A stretch of 53,525 bases of DNA. Source: Octopus sinensis (Eukaryota). The position numbers and the translations under genes were made by a program. Below the pieces are notes generated by a model. It had not been told where the DNA came from. It ran no database searches and was given only the letters and a program-made list of their open reading frames with translations. The stretch is taken from NCBI RefSeq assembly GCF_006345805.1, contig NW_021833963.1:1-53525 (forward strand), given 5' to 3'. This document shows positions 1-13,204 of this stretch, one piece after another (position 1 is the stretch's first letter; each line of letters opens with the position of its first letter).

Positions 1-280
1 GAGAGAGAGAGATGGTTATAAGTGTTACTGCAAGATTCCACATAACACTGACATACTGTCATGAAACACGTGTTGTCTTTAAAATGGAAAGTATGGGATT
101 CTGAATAGATTTAGTAAATACAATATTTAATATTTGATGGCTCGGTCGGGTATAATATCTTCAAATGTTGGTTGAGTTGAGGGTGGTTCTGTCTCTAAAA
201 CTACTTTTATATATATAAATAAGATATTGAGAGAAGTTCACTTTAGTATCTTTAATTTGAACGTCTAATGCCTGTGGTAA

Positions 281-389
281 TAATATATATATATAATATA
301 TTCTATATATATATATATATATACATATATAGATATATAATATATATATAATATATATATATATTATACATATATATATATATATAATA

Positions 390-431
<42 letters not shown>

Positions 432-435
432 TATA

Positions 436-489
<54 letters not shown>

Positions 490-494
490 GTATC

Positions 495-530
<36 letters not shown>

Positions 531-598
531 ATATACATATAATATATATATGTACATGTTTATGTTATAATTATATATATATATATATATATATATAC
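281..598. repeat. (TA)n microsatellite, one of many in the window (e.g. 4760-5930, 10685-11030, 19540-19780, 27670-28210, 40250-40820, 41130-41315, 49380-50020)
   Basis: Imperfect TA/TG/TACA dinucleotide runs seen directly. Confidence 0.97.
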
Positions 599-896
599 AT
601 ACCGTACGTGTGGTGTATGTACATATGCATATATGCAAACATTCATCCTGTCACAAAATTACATACCTCCTTACATATAAAGTATTATCGATTTATAATC
701 AAAAAAATTTATACGCATAGATATTAACATACACATACGTCTGTGTGTGTGTGTGTAAGTATGCATATATGTACACTCAAAAGCACATATACGCACATTC
801 ACTCACATACAACTCACATACACGTGACAGGTTATTATTTGTAGTTTCACTGTTCTGTGTGTGCCTTATGAATTTTTATTTTACAAATCATATTTT

Positions 897-1025
897 ATAT
901 ATCGTTATACTCGTGATACTGTCTCTTGTATATATCGTTATAGTCGTGATACTGTCTCTTGTATATATTGTTATAGTCGTGATACTGTCTTTTGTATATA
1001 TTGTTATAGTCGTGAATCTGTCTCT
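897..1025. repeat. 33-bp minisatellite, ~4 copies
   Basis: Unit TATATCGTTATAGTCGTGATACTGTCTCTTGTA repeated head-to-tail without spacers. Confidence 0.9.
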
Positions 1026-1489
1026 ATACTGTCTGGTGGCAACTGAGGTAGTGCTTGACTCGTTTCTATGCGGTGCTAATAGGAAGCTAGACAAGTTCTT
1101 ATTCTCAATTTCCCATCATTTCACACTATCTTCGCCTGCGGGAGAATGGACACTAACATGTGATAGTTGTGTCCATAGTATAACTCTGTTATTAGACATA
1201 CCTCAAGTTAGTTTTATCAGCCATACTCTTCCGGGCTGGCTTAGGGTATGTTGGAAGTGGGGGTTATTCATTCTGGAGTGTTCCTTCTCGTAGATTGATT
1301 ACATTCACTGCAGCTATTGAGCTCAATCTACGCTTTCAAAAATCAGTTTAATGTCATAAACATTCTCAATATAATCCTTTCTACTCAAGGCACAAAGCCC
1401 GAAATTTTGGGGGCGATTGCCAGTCGATTAGATTGACCCTAGTTTATTAGCAATTACAACCTAAAGGCAAAATTAGTAGAGTCACAAAA

Positions 1490-1900
1490 GTGACGGAGGG
1501 TACTAGACAGCACCGTTTAGGCTGAAATAAGTGCATTTCGTCCGTCTTCAGGTTTTGAGTTCAAATTCCACCGAGGTTGACTTTGCCTTTCATCGCTTTC
1601 GTAGTCTATAAAGTAAATACTAATTGAATACTGGAAGTCGAAGGAATCGACTAACTTATTGCCTTGTGTAGGGAGGCGAGCTGGCAGAGACGTTAGCACG
1701 CCGGGCAAAGTACTTCGCGGTATTTCGCCCGTTGCTACGTTCTGAGTTCGAATTCCGCCGAGGTCGACTTTGCCTTTCATCCTTTCCGGGTTGATAAATT
1801 AAGTACCAGTTACGCATTGGGGTCGATGTAATCGACTTAACCCGTTTGTCTGTCCTTGTTTGTCCCCTCTATGCTTAGCCACTTGTGAGTAATAAAGAAA
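1490..1900 (+). mobile_element. Family M SINE (tRNA-like head plus Meta-domain-like core): one degenerate and one young copy
   Basis: A box GAGCTGGCAGA, B box GAGTTCGAATTCC, core GACTTTGCCTTTCATCCTTTCGGGGTCGATAAATTAAGTACC, tail ...TAAAGAAA; >25 related copies in the window. Confidence 0.85.
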
Positions 1901-2419
1901 CATATTAGCCTCTTGCCAAAATTTGTAATGAGCATAATAGTTGAGATATTTGCACTGAGAATTTCAAGCTAAAGAACTACTTGCTTACCATTCGAATATA
2001 AACAATAACTACTCATAGCTAAGTGAAATTCTCATGACTGAGAATCGTGTACCTTAGTCATCAAAAAATAACTCAATGCTGCTACATAATCTGCAATATT
2101 TCGTCAGGTATTTTGTAACTTCAAACTCATTAAACATTAACAAAATAGTGACACATCATTATCACTGAAAAACATCGTTTGAATACTCTTTCTGTGATAA
2201 CAATGTTTCTTAGTTGACAGTGCAGTCTGTGTACATAGTATATACAACAGATATATTATTCAGTATACAACACCGCTGTAGTTTCTTAGAATGTTATCGA
2301 TTTATATTGTTTTTCTTTTGTTTGCTTGGATTAAACAGTATTTTATTTCTTTCTTTATATCGCCATATTTGTTGTATTTATCAAAAATAATCTCACACGT
2401 CAGTTTTCAGAATACATTC

Positions 2420-2825
2420 ATTCTTTCATTCATTCATTCATTCATTCATTCTTCTTCTTCTTCTTCTTCTTCTTCTTCTTCTTCTTCTCCTCCTCTTTCT
2501 CCTCCTCTTTCTCCTCCTCTTTCTTCTTCTTCTCCCTTCCTTCTCCTCCTCTTCCTCCACCTCACCACCACCACCTCCTCTTCCACCACTGCCACCACCA
2601 CCACTACCTCTTCCTTTTCCTTCTCCTCCCCCTCTCCCTCCTCCTCCACCTCATGCTCACCTCCTCCGCCTCCACCTCTACCTCCTCCTCTTCCTCCAAC
2701 TCCTCCTCCACCATCTTCCACCTTCTCTTCCATCACCACCACTTCCTCCCGTCTTCCTTCCTCTTGTTATCCCCTTCTTCTTCCTCCTCTAATCCTCCTC
2801 CTCTTCTTCTTCCTCCTACTATCCT
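2420..2825. repeat. Pyrimidine-rich (TTCA)/(TTC)/(CCT)/(CCA) low-complexity tract
   Basis: Seen directly; source of spurious S/P/E-rich ORFs. Confidence 0.93.
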
Positions 2826-3725
2826 GATCTCATTTTCGTTGAATTTTTTTCTTCAACCTCTGCCTTCATATTATTCCCCTTCATACTCAAGCAGTGTTCT
2901 AGCATGGCCGCGACCCAATGACTAAAACAGGCAAAAGTGTGTCCCCTCGATCATTCATTATGTTAAGACGAAAATATTATATAATTCGATTATGGTTCAG
3001 CAGCTATTTCTTGCAAATAAAGCAACCGTGTAAACTAACTTAAGATTTTCATTTAATTTCTCGGTTCCCACAATCCTTACAGGTCCTCCCGAGCAAGCAA
3101 GACTGATACTACTAATGTGCCTCTTGACCCTTTTATAGGATAAGATCTGCAGAAAAGGCATGAATAGAAACAGAATTCTAGAGCGTAGACGTTCTGGAAA
3201 AAGGAAAGACTGGACGCTGTGATCAGCGTGAGGTGTGTGAAAATTAGACAAAAGAAGAGAGATGAGAGGAAGCAAGGTTAACTGAAAAGGTCTGCTCGAA
3301 AGAATCAGTACGGTCTGCTTCGAGAAGAGAGGGCTTTGTAGAAGCAATAAAAAGGTCACAGAAAATGATAATGAAAATCGAAATAAAACAGAAAAACTGA
3401 CTCCTAAAGATCTGGTAGTGCGTACCGCGTTATCTACAGCGATGTCTATAGTATTGGTTGAATGCCTAGGGCTTTGACAAGACATGAATATATCGTTGTG
3501 TTAGACGTAATATAAAGTTATTCTTCGACATACGAACGTATCGTAACTGATTGCTTTTTACCTGGATTGTGTGAGCGCCTAAGTTAAGTAATGTTTCCGT
3601 AAGAGTAGAAGTCATAAGTTTCTTTTCGACTATTCGGTTACTTTGAACAAACATATGAAAATCAAAAAAAAATAGTCAAATAATATTATGTAATAATTTT
3701 TTTTTGTCTTTATTCAACAAGTGTT

Positions 3726-4117
3726 CTTATCTGCTTCTATCTAGAAATCAAAGGAAACGATTACTGTTCCCTTCAAACTTTGCTTTTGTAATCTGGACAT
3801 CAATGCTTTGAAACAGACCTATTTTTCCATTACATTTCAGACAGATTGAATGCTGGGTTGCTGAAGCAGAAATATCGGTATTGCAAATATTCTGCTCAAT
3901 ACCATCGATTTACTTGTCATTTGCTTGACCCTAACTACTAGAGCAAGTTACATAGTGACTGACAATATGTGCACCTCTGATCATGAGCAGGAGCAGTGGG
4001 GGCAGGCATCATAGCCATGTGTTGAGGGAGATTCTTTGGTTTGAATATATGTAACAAAAGCAGAGTTTGAAGGAAATATTAGCCGTTTTTCATACTTTCT
4101 AGAGGTAAGCAAATAGG
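3726..4117. mobile_element. MITE-like element with imperfect ~66-bp inverted ends
   Basis: 3726-3791 approximates the reverse complement of 4051-4117 (CCTTCAAACTTTGCTTTTGT vs ACAAAAGCAGAGTTTGAAGG). Confidence 0.65.
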
Positions 4118-4892
4118 AAATAACAGTTGCTACCGAAGGACAAAAATCGGTTACAGTGTAATTCATCTATCCATTGTACCATCGTGGGGGCAGAGTCCTA
4201 AACACATTCATTGTAGGGTCCTATCAGGACTCTATAGGGGCGGGATTCCTGAGAGTAACCAACTGAAAATGTGGATATTGCCCAAACATTTTCTTCCTCA
4301 ATCCTTGAATTCAATTCTATTATCTTTAAAACGGACAGGACTCAAGGAAACAGATCTCTAGCATACCCATAAATAGACGGGAAAATCGTTTTTCCATAGG
4401 CCTGTTCAGTCATAAGACGATCTAGCGTAAAACAGCAGCAGACATACCAACTGCCAAATCATTAAGTTCAAAAGTTCCTTTTAGTTATTCATTTTTCACA
4501 AAATGTACACAATTTGTTCGTACATAAATGGAAACGATTCTACAATGTCTGTTTTTTTTGTTTGTTTTATGTTTCTTTATTTCTTTTTTTGCTGGTAATA
4601 GTGCTTTCTTTTGACTATGAGAATGAACATTATTATAGAAATAATGGATAGACGGTAGATGCATTTTAACTGCATTATTTCCATCGACGTCACAGGAATA
4701 AAAGGCCACTTCGGTTTCGATAAAATTTGACCTCATGAACGAAAATAATGCATATATGAGTGTGTGTGTGTGTGTGCATGTGTGCATGTGTGCGTGTGTG
4801 TGTGTCTGCGCGTATGCGTGAGTATGTGTGTGTGCGTATGCATATATGTATATGTATATATATATAGCATATGCATATTTATATGCGCAAAC

Positions 4893-4936
<44 letters not shown>

Positions 4937-5154
4937 GCATGTATACACCTATATATATATATATGTATGTATACACCTAGGTAAGTGTGTAGATATGCAT
5001 ATATATGCATATGCATCTCTATATGTGTATATGTATATATATGAATATATGTGTATATATATATCTATATATTTAATATATGTATATATATATGTATGCA
5101 TATATATATATATACATACATATATATACATATAAATACATATGTATATACGTG

Positions 5155-5214
<60 letters not shown>

Positions 5215-5725
5215 GTATACATACATAAATACATACATAATATGAACCAATACTCTCATTCGCTCACACATATACATACATACACAGTTGAAAATCTTTG
5301 TACAGAAAGATGAAAAAACAAAATACAAGTTTGTTTATGTGTGTACATATGCATATGTAACTATGCGCATATATATATATACATAACCTGCACAAACAAG
5401 TATATACGTATGCGTACATGAATATTATGTATGGGTGTATATATGTGCGAGTGTTAGTACGTGTATGTAGATGAGGAAGAGAGAGAGAAAGAGAATTTGT
5501 TAAGTCTGCCTATGTTTGTGTGTTTGTGCTTAAAAATATACATATATATTATTCATATATACAAGTATTATATATATATATTATATGCATATATATATAT
5601 ATACATATATTATATATATTATATGTATATTTATATATATAATATATATATATATTATATATATTATATATAATATAATATATATATATATATAATTATA
5701 TATTATATATAATATATATATATAG

Positions 5726-5795
<70 letters not shown>

Positions 5796-5853
5796 TATGG
5801 CATGTATAAAACATATTTTGGATATGTATATGCATATACGCATATATATAAAC

Positions 5854-5884
<31 letters not shown>

Positions 5885-6023
5885 GTTATACATATTCATG
5901 CACACATATTATGCATGTGTGTGTGTGTGTTTGGAAGTATACTGAATATAGCTATCATTCAGTATAGTTATTGAATTATAAATTATAAATGTCCATTGAT
6001 CTCTCTTTCTCTCTATAGTTTTC

Positions 6024-6061
<38 letters not shown>

Positions 6062-6374
6062 TGTTTCAGTCTGTCTTTCACTCTCTGTCTTCCTCACTCT
6101 CCCTTAAAAAAAACAACAACCAATATACATCAAAGTTATGTAGTATTTACAAAATTTCATAGAATTGTTCGTTGAAATCAGAGATTTAATCAAATTTTGG
6201 TGTCTTTATCGTTTCTTCGTTTTTCATTCTTTAGCTTCTAATATGCTTGACATATAAGCATTGGCAAACTAAAGCAAAACTGCATAGAAGTGGGATGCTA
6301 GATGTTCATCCTGCTAATATCAAGGAAGTTATTCACACACATAGCTCTTATATTTTTCATAATAATATTAATCA

Positions 6375-6500
6375 TTTCAAATTTTGCCACAAAGGCAGCA
6401 ATTTTAGAGGCGGGCATAGGTTGATTACATCGACCCCAACCTTCAACTGGTACTTATTTTATCGAACTCGAAAGGATGACCGGCAAGTAGATCTCGACCC
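6375..6500 (-). mobile_element. Family M SINE fragment
   Basis: Matches the M core and tail in reverse orientation. Confidence 0.7.
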
Positions 6501-6505
6501 GAAAA

Positions 6506-6942
6506 GATGATGTAACAGTACTCTGGGACATGCCAATCAACACCAGTAAATAAATCAAGGCAAACAGGCCGGACAAAATCATCAAAGATGGGAAGAATAA
6601 GAAATGCTTAATGATAGATGTGACAGTACCATCAGAGAGAAATGTGTCCATTAAAGAAGTTGAGAAGTTATTTAAGTACAAAGACCTTGAAATAGAAGTG
6701 ACCAAGATGCGAGGAATTAAAAGCAGCACAGCACCAGTGGTGATTGGAGCATTAGGGCTAATTAAAAAGGGCCTTGATAAACAGCTCAAGAAACTCCTTT
6801 GCAGTGTTAACGTGGGAGAACTTCAGAAAATAGTGTTGCTAGGTTCCGTACACATTTTACGACGTGTACACTCCATGGAATGAGGACCTGCTGTGACCCT
6901 AGGGTCAAGGGATGACCCCGGTTCAGTAGAAGACAACGGACC
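6506..6942 (+). mobile_element. R4/Dong-clade non-LTR retrotransposon 3' end (restriction-like endonuclease), 5'-truncated and pseudogenised
   Basis: Frame reads VLWDMPINTSK*IKANRPD...IDVTVP...EKLFKYKDL...PVVIGALG...LQKIVLLGSVHILRRV; stop at 6881-6883, short 3' UTR, then (AAT)n. Confidence 0.9.
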
Positions 6943-6957
6943 ATATTTATTTTTTTT

Positions 6958-7004
6958 AATATAATATTAATAATAATAATAATAATAAATAATAATAATA
7001 ATAA

Positions 7005-7035
<31 letters not shown>

Positions 7036-7063
7036 AATGATGATGATGATGATGATGATGATG

Positions 7064-7099
<36 letters not shown>

Positions 7100-7175
7100 T
7101 AATAATAATAATGATGATGATGATGATGATGATGATGATTATGATGATGATGATGATGATGATATAATAATAATA

Positions 7176-7207
<32 letters not shown>

Positions 7208-7220
7208 GTAAATAATAATA
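6958..7220. repeat. (AAT)n/(GAT)n microsatellite
   Basis: Seen directly. Confidence 0.97.
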
Positions 7221-7320
7221 TCCACTACGAATGAACATATACATGACCGTAGAATCTACTAGAAATAACAGCTAATTTAAGAGTTTCCTAAAATCTGTTG
7301 CAAAGTGTACGGATTTAATA

Positions 7321-7482
7321 GGCGTGGGCAGGCCTGTGTGCTTAAGAAATACACTTCTCGACTATTTGACTTCAGTTTCAGTTCCACTGAGTGACACTTT
7401 GGCAAAATGCCTTTTGCTATATATTAGGGCCCGAGCAATGCCTTGTTGAATTTATTGAGCGCAAACTGCGTGGAAGCCCATG
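7321..7482 (+). mobile_element. Degenerate 5' half of a family C SINE
   Basis: Weak match to the 5' half of 34318-34480. Confidence 0.6.
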
Positions 7483-7603
7483 GGAAATATATCTTATATA
7501 AAGGATGCAGAGCTGGCTCCGAAAACCAGCAGGCGGAGAATTCGCCTGGGGTTAAACTAATAGTAACATTTATCTGCCACTTTGATGTGGCTACTCACTT
7601 TAC

Positions 7604-7765
7604 TCCAAGCTGTGTCGGCCTTTCCCTTGGATAACATCAGTGGCGTGGAGAGGAGAAGCTCGTATGCATGGGCGGCTGCTGGTCTTCCATAAACAACCTT
7701 GCCGGGACTTGTGCCCCGGAGGGGAACTCTCTAGGTGCAATATCATGGTCATTAATAACCAACGA
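7604..7765 (+). mobile_element. Family R SINE tail fragment (tail E)
   Basis: Reverse-complement match to 22775-22940 (CCAAGCTGTRTCGGCC...CTTCCATAAACAACCTTG...CTAGGTGCAA). Confidence 0.75.
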
Positions 7766-7888
7766 GAATGCATCCGACATTCGAAACTCCGAGTACTATA
7801 ATGACAACTTACTATTTGTTCTAAATTATAATATATATAAATAATCCTCTATTTATCTAATATCGAGGTCTTATTTTTTTGTTGTCAC

Positions 7889-7944
<56 letters not shown>

Positions 7945-8498
7945 GAGTGAGAGAGTAGTGCATGCCATCAAAATGACACTGGGGTAAAATATACGAAGCC
8001 CAATATACCCATCATGACTACCCGTCTGATAAGGGTACACCAGGCACATGCATCACAACCATATGTGCGCGACATGGTGATCTCATATCAAGATAAACAG
8101 CACATGACCTTGCAGGTGGGGCCCAGTTAGAATTTTCTTCAGGTTGAGTAGCCCATCCCGCTCAAACGGTCCCTGAATAAGGGTTGTTTAAGGATGTTGA
8201 AAAAACCACCCCAATCTCCAGAGGTGAATTATTCAAACCCCAAAGAATCCCTCTCAACACATAGCTATGATGCTCCCCCACTACTTCTGCTCGTGATCAG
8301 AGATGCACATATCGTCAGCCACTAAGGGACATGCTCAACTGGTTAAGGTCAAACAACTGACAAGCAAATCTGTGGTATTGAGCAGAATATTTGCTGTAGC
8401 CCATCTTTTATACCAAGACAAAACAATGTACATGATAACACTTCCAATCAGTTAAGATCAGAAGCCATGAGAGCCACTGCCTGGTACTGCATCAGGGC

Positions 8499-8502
<4 letters not shown>
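7945..8502 (-). mobile_element. ~555-bp non-coding element in (TAA)n, copy 1
   Basis: Highly similar to 8530-9020 and to the reverse complement of 14048-14584; both flanks are (ATT)n; strand is inferred. Confidence 0.85.
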
Positions 8503-8529
<27 letters not shown>

Positions 8530-9020
8530 GAGTGAGAGAGCAGTGCATGCCATCAAAGTAACACTGGGGTAAAATATACGAAGCCCAGTATACCCATCAT
8601 GACTACCCGTCTGATAAGGGTACACCAGGCACATGCATCAGAACCATATGTGCGCGACATGGTGATCTTATATCAAGATAAACAACACATGACCTTGAAG
8701 GTGGGACCCAGTTAGAATTTTCTTCTCGTCGAGTAGCCCATCCTGCTCAAAAGGTCCCTGAATAAGGGTTGTTTAAGGATGTTGAACAAAATACCCATGT
8801 TTCCAGAGGTGAATTATTCAAACCCCACAGAATCCCTCTCAACACATGGCTATGATGCTCCCCCACTACTTCTGCTCGTGATCAGAGATGCACATATCGT
8901 CAGCCACTAAGGGACATGCTCAACTGGTTAAGGTCAAACAACTGAAAAGCAAATCTGTGGTATTGAGCAGAATATTTGCTGTAGCCCATCTTTTATACCA
9001 AGACAGAACAATGTACATGA
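8530..9020 (-). mobile_element. (TAA)n-associated element, copy 2, truncated at one end
   Basis: Tandem with copy 1 across an (ATT)n spacer; lacks the last ~65 bp of copy 1. Confidence 0.85.
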
Positions 9021-9212
9021 TTATTATTATTATCATTATTATTATTATTATTATTATTACTATTATTATTATTACTATTATTATTATTATCATCATTATT
9101 ATTATTATAATTATTATTAATATTATTACTATTATTATTATTATTACTATTATTATTATTATTATTATTACTATTATTACTATTATTACTATTATTATTA
9201 TTATTATTATTA

Positions 9213-9264
<52 letters not shown>

Positions 9265-9585
9265 CATACGTACATACATACCAGAAGTATAGTTTGTGAG
9301 AGAGAGACAATGCAATACTTTGATATTTTTAAATAGGATTATATTTAGGGAATGATATCGTTTGGATTAAACGATTTAAAAGAGATTTCATACAATCTTT
9401 CTCTTCTTTCCGATTATCTTGAGATAATTTCGTTAAAACTATCCACGTAACAAGCTTAATATTTATTTATTTATTTGTTTATTTATTTATTTATTTTTAT
9501 TTTCTTTTCTACTCTAGGCTTCGTCGTCGTCGTCGTTGTTTCTATTATATTCTGCTTTTTATCTATTTACATATTTTTATGCACC

Positions 9586-9668
<83 letters not shown>

Positions 9669-9890
9669 GTGTGCGTGTTTGTGTGTCTGTGCTTGTCCCC
9701 CCCAACATTGCTTGACAACAGATGCTGGTGTGTTTACGTCCCCGTAACTTAGCGGTTCGGCAAAAGAGACCGATAGAATAAGTACTAGGCTTACATAGAA
9801 TAAGTCCTGAGGTAGATTTACTCGACTAAAAATGGCGGTGCTACAGCATGGCCACAGTCAAATGACTGAAAGAAGTAAAAGACTAAAAGA
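9586..9890 (+). mobile_element. Family C SINE, 3' half only
   Basis: (TA)(TG) tract followed by TTTACGTCCCCGTAACTTAGCGGTTCGGC...CAGTCAAATGACTGAAA. Confidence 0.85.
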
Positions 9891-9899
9891 CTGAAACCT

Positions 9900-10200
9900 G
9901 AAAAGTCGATCCGAGCAGAATTTGAACTCAGAACATTAACAGCCGGAAGAAGTTCCTCTAAGCATTTTGATCGGCGTGTTAACCACTGTACCAGCTTGCG
10001 GCCTTTAATGATTTCGAATTTTGGCACAAGGCCTGCAACTTTTAGAGAATGAAGTACTCAATATGTACTGATTTTATCGACCCCGAAAAGATGAAAGGCT
10101 AAGTCGACCTCGGCGGAATTTGAACAAAGAATATAAAGGGCCGGAAGAAATGTCGCTAAGAATTTTATCCGACTGGCTTTCGAATCTACCTGTTGGTTGC
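9900..10200 (-). mobile_element. Two degenerate family M SINEs
   Basis: Reverse matches to the M head and core. Confidence 0.7.
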
Positions 10201-10683
10201 TTTATGTTATTGAATAAATGATAAATATTAATGTTTCACTTGAGCTCTGTCGAAACAACGGTACTACTCCATTTTTATTTAGACAATGTATGTCGTAATA
10301 GATTGCTAAATGCATCCTTCACTTTGCGTGATTTGGGATATATTTGGCTGTTGCTTCTAGCTAACCTAGCGTCCACATAGCGTCTTTTATCATTTTGTCA
10401 CGGAAATGCTTTGCGTTAAGGAAGCAGTAAATTATCTCGGCTAGCCGAGTTTGCGGCCCAATTACGTATCTTCGTTGCTAGTTGCTACAACTTCTCTTCA
10501 GTTCACTTCACGCGTGTTTTTTTTTCACCCTTTTCAATATCTACATCTTTCATATGTTACAGTTTTCATAACAATAAATTAACTTCGGGAGCACCGGGCC
10601 TGACCTTGTCAAGCAAAACCACAGGAAAACGGAGATTGGGTTCCAAACACCTAATGAGTGTTCAGTTTATTACTTTGCTATGA

Positions 10684-10789
<106 letters not shown>

Positions 10790-10793
10790 ATAT

Positions 10794-10860
<67 letters not shown>

Positions 10861-10967
10861 CATATATATATGCATATATTTATATATATATATGTATGTA
10901 TATATATATGTATATATGTATATATATGTATATATATATATATGTATGTATATATATATATATATAC

Positions 10968-11031
<64 letters not shown>

Positions 11032-11694
11032 AATACGCACGTGATACATACGTCTATAAATATATAGTTATGTAAAGACGCGGAGATATGCTCTATTTCA
11101 TATACAAATCTCTAACTTGATAATTTCTCATTAGTGACTTCCAGGATGTAATTCCGACCAGTGAACACTTTAGATTGGAAATTTTCTTTTAAATAATTTA
11201 TCTGAACGCTATGTCATTCTTAGCAACAAGAGAAGTTATGATTTAATAATCATAAATCTTCCGGAAGAATAAACCTTTATGTTTTTTTATTACTTGGCAA
11301 ACAAATGAGATTAAAGTTGGAAAACTAACAGTAGTACACCACTGCAACTAAATCAATAACAACATAAACGAAAACTATAGTAATAACTGCAATATAAATT
11401 GGTTTATTACTCATGCAAAAAGAACGCGGACAGTGGAGGTGACAGGATGAGGAAAATCTGCCAAGATATATGTCTTGTACTGACAAGCCATATAATCGTC
11501 ACAGACCCAGTCCATTTAATATGTGGGTATCATAACTTAATGTTGTTCACAGCTGTGTAGGCGACGACTATCTAGTTAGCTTTTAGTATTGATATAAACT
11601 TGATATAAACTCTTCCGTTGTGTAGGTTGTTGGAATTTGGCCCAGTATGTTTCCGTAAAAAATGCAATTCTTCAATAACAGAATAAAGTACATA

Positions 11695-11944
11695 AATGCA
11701 CCCTTTTAAAGCCTAGTCAGGCTCATGGGCCCGGTTTCCCGGTTTCTATGGCGTATGTGTTCCCCAGCTGGACGGGACGCCAGTCCATCGCAGCGTTACT
11801 CATTTTTGCCAGCTGAGTGGACTGGAGCAACCTGAAATGAAGTGTTTTGCTCAAGAACACAACGCGTCGCTCGGTCGAGGAATCGAAACCACATTCTTAC
11901 GATCATGGTGCTGACAACCTAAACACTAAGCCACGCCCATCCAC
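11695..11944 (-). mobile_element. Family R SINE (body 1 plus V-domain-like tail A)
   Basis: A box TGGCTTAGTG, B box GGTTTCGATTCC, CTGCGATGGACTGGCGTCCCGTCCAG; near-identical to 20824-21078. Confidence 0.88.
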
Positions 11945-12171
11945 TCAACAACAGAAGGAAGTAACAAATCTCTGCTGCAAGTCATGTTCAGGTTCGATTC
12001 ATGGTGTTGATGCAGTAACTCTCAACGTGGGACATACGCTCTGCCGGCAGGGTTGTGAAAATTGTGGTGAGGCATGATGCCGTGGTCACCAGGCACAAAG
12101 TTCTCGTTAAAGTAATTCACTTTTTTTCTCAGTCAATAATGTACTTGTTTTGTACTCAGTACAATAATATT

Positions 12172-12470
12172 TGTTCCTTCTCGAGCCATGCCTGGCTCAT
12201 AAGGGCCGGTTTCCCTGTTTCCTTAGCGATTAGGTTCCCCACCTGAACGGGACACGGTCCGTCGCAGGTGAGCTCCAAGATGCAGGAGGAAAGAGTGAGA
12301 GAAAGTTGTGGCGAAAGAGTCAGCAGAAGTTTCGCCATTACCTTCTGTCGAAGCCGCGTGGAGCTTAGGTGTTTCGCTCATAAACACACACATCGCCCGG
12401 TCTGAGATTCGAAGCCGCGATCCGTCGACCGCGAGTCCGCTGCTCTAACCACTAGGCCATGTGCCTCCAC
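12172..12470 (-). mobile_element. Family R SINE (body 2 plus tail A)
   Basis: tRNA-like head TGGCCTAGTGGTTAGAGC...TTCGAATC; paralog of 23700-23990. Confidence 0.88.
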
Positions 12471-12499
12471 TTAGTGAAATAATAATTATTATAAAATAT

Positions 12500-12715
12500 T
12501 GATTTCGAATTTCTGGTATATGGCAAGCTATTTTCGAGAGGGGAAGGTAAGTCAATTACATCGACCCCAGTGATCAACTGGTACTTCTTCTATCGACCCT
12601 GGAAAGATGAAAGGCAAAGTGGGCCCTTGGCGGAATTTGAACTCAAAACGTAAAGACGAACGAAATACCGCTAAACATTTTGCCCAGCGTGTTAACCGTC
12701 ATCCAGCTCACTGCT
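12500..12715 (-). mobile_element. Family M SINE, older monomer
   Basis: Reverse match to the M consensus. Confidence 0.8.
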
Positions 12716-12788
12716 CTTAACTGTGATAATATACTTTTAAAAATTGTTTACTTTTTTTTTCTACCATGCGTGGGGCATATATTTTTCT

Positions 12789-13204
12789 TATTTCTTTATT
12801 GCCCACAAGGGGCTGAACATAGAGGGGACAAACAAGGACAGACAAAGGGGTAAATTCGATTACATCGACCCCAGGGCGTAACTGGTATTTAATTTAGCGA
12901 CCCCGAAAGGATGAAAGGCAAGGTCGACCTCGGCGGAATTTGAACTCAGAACGAAACAGCAGACGAAATACCTATTTCTTTACTACCCACAAGGGGCTAA
13001 ACACAGCGGGGAGAAACAAGGACAGACAAACGGATTAAGTCGATTACATCGACCCCAGTGCGTAACTGGTACTTAATTTATCGACCCCGAAAGGATGAAA
13101 GGTAAAGTCGACCTCGGCGGAATTTGAACTCAAAACGTAACGGCAGACGAAATACTGCTAAGCATTTCGCCCAGCGTGCTAACGTTTCTACCAGCTCGCC
13201 GCCT
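12789..13204 (-). mobile_element. Family M SINE dimer with an 18-bp target-site duplication
   Basis: TGGGGCATATATTTTTCT is identical at 12771-12788 and 13205-13222. Confidence 0.92.

Noticed and set aside
897-1025. CRISPR-like 33-bp repeats
   Set aside because: No spacers, no cas genes, and a eukaryotic context.
2997-3485. 162-aa minus-strand ORF
   Set aside because: L/S/F-rich antisense of purine-rich DNA with no recognisable domain.
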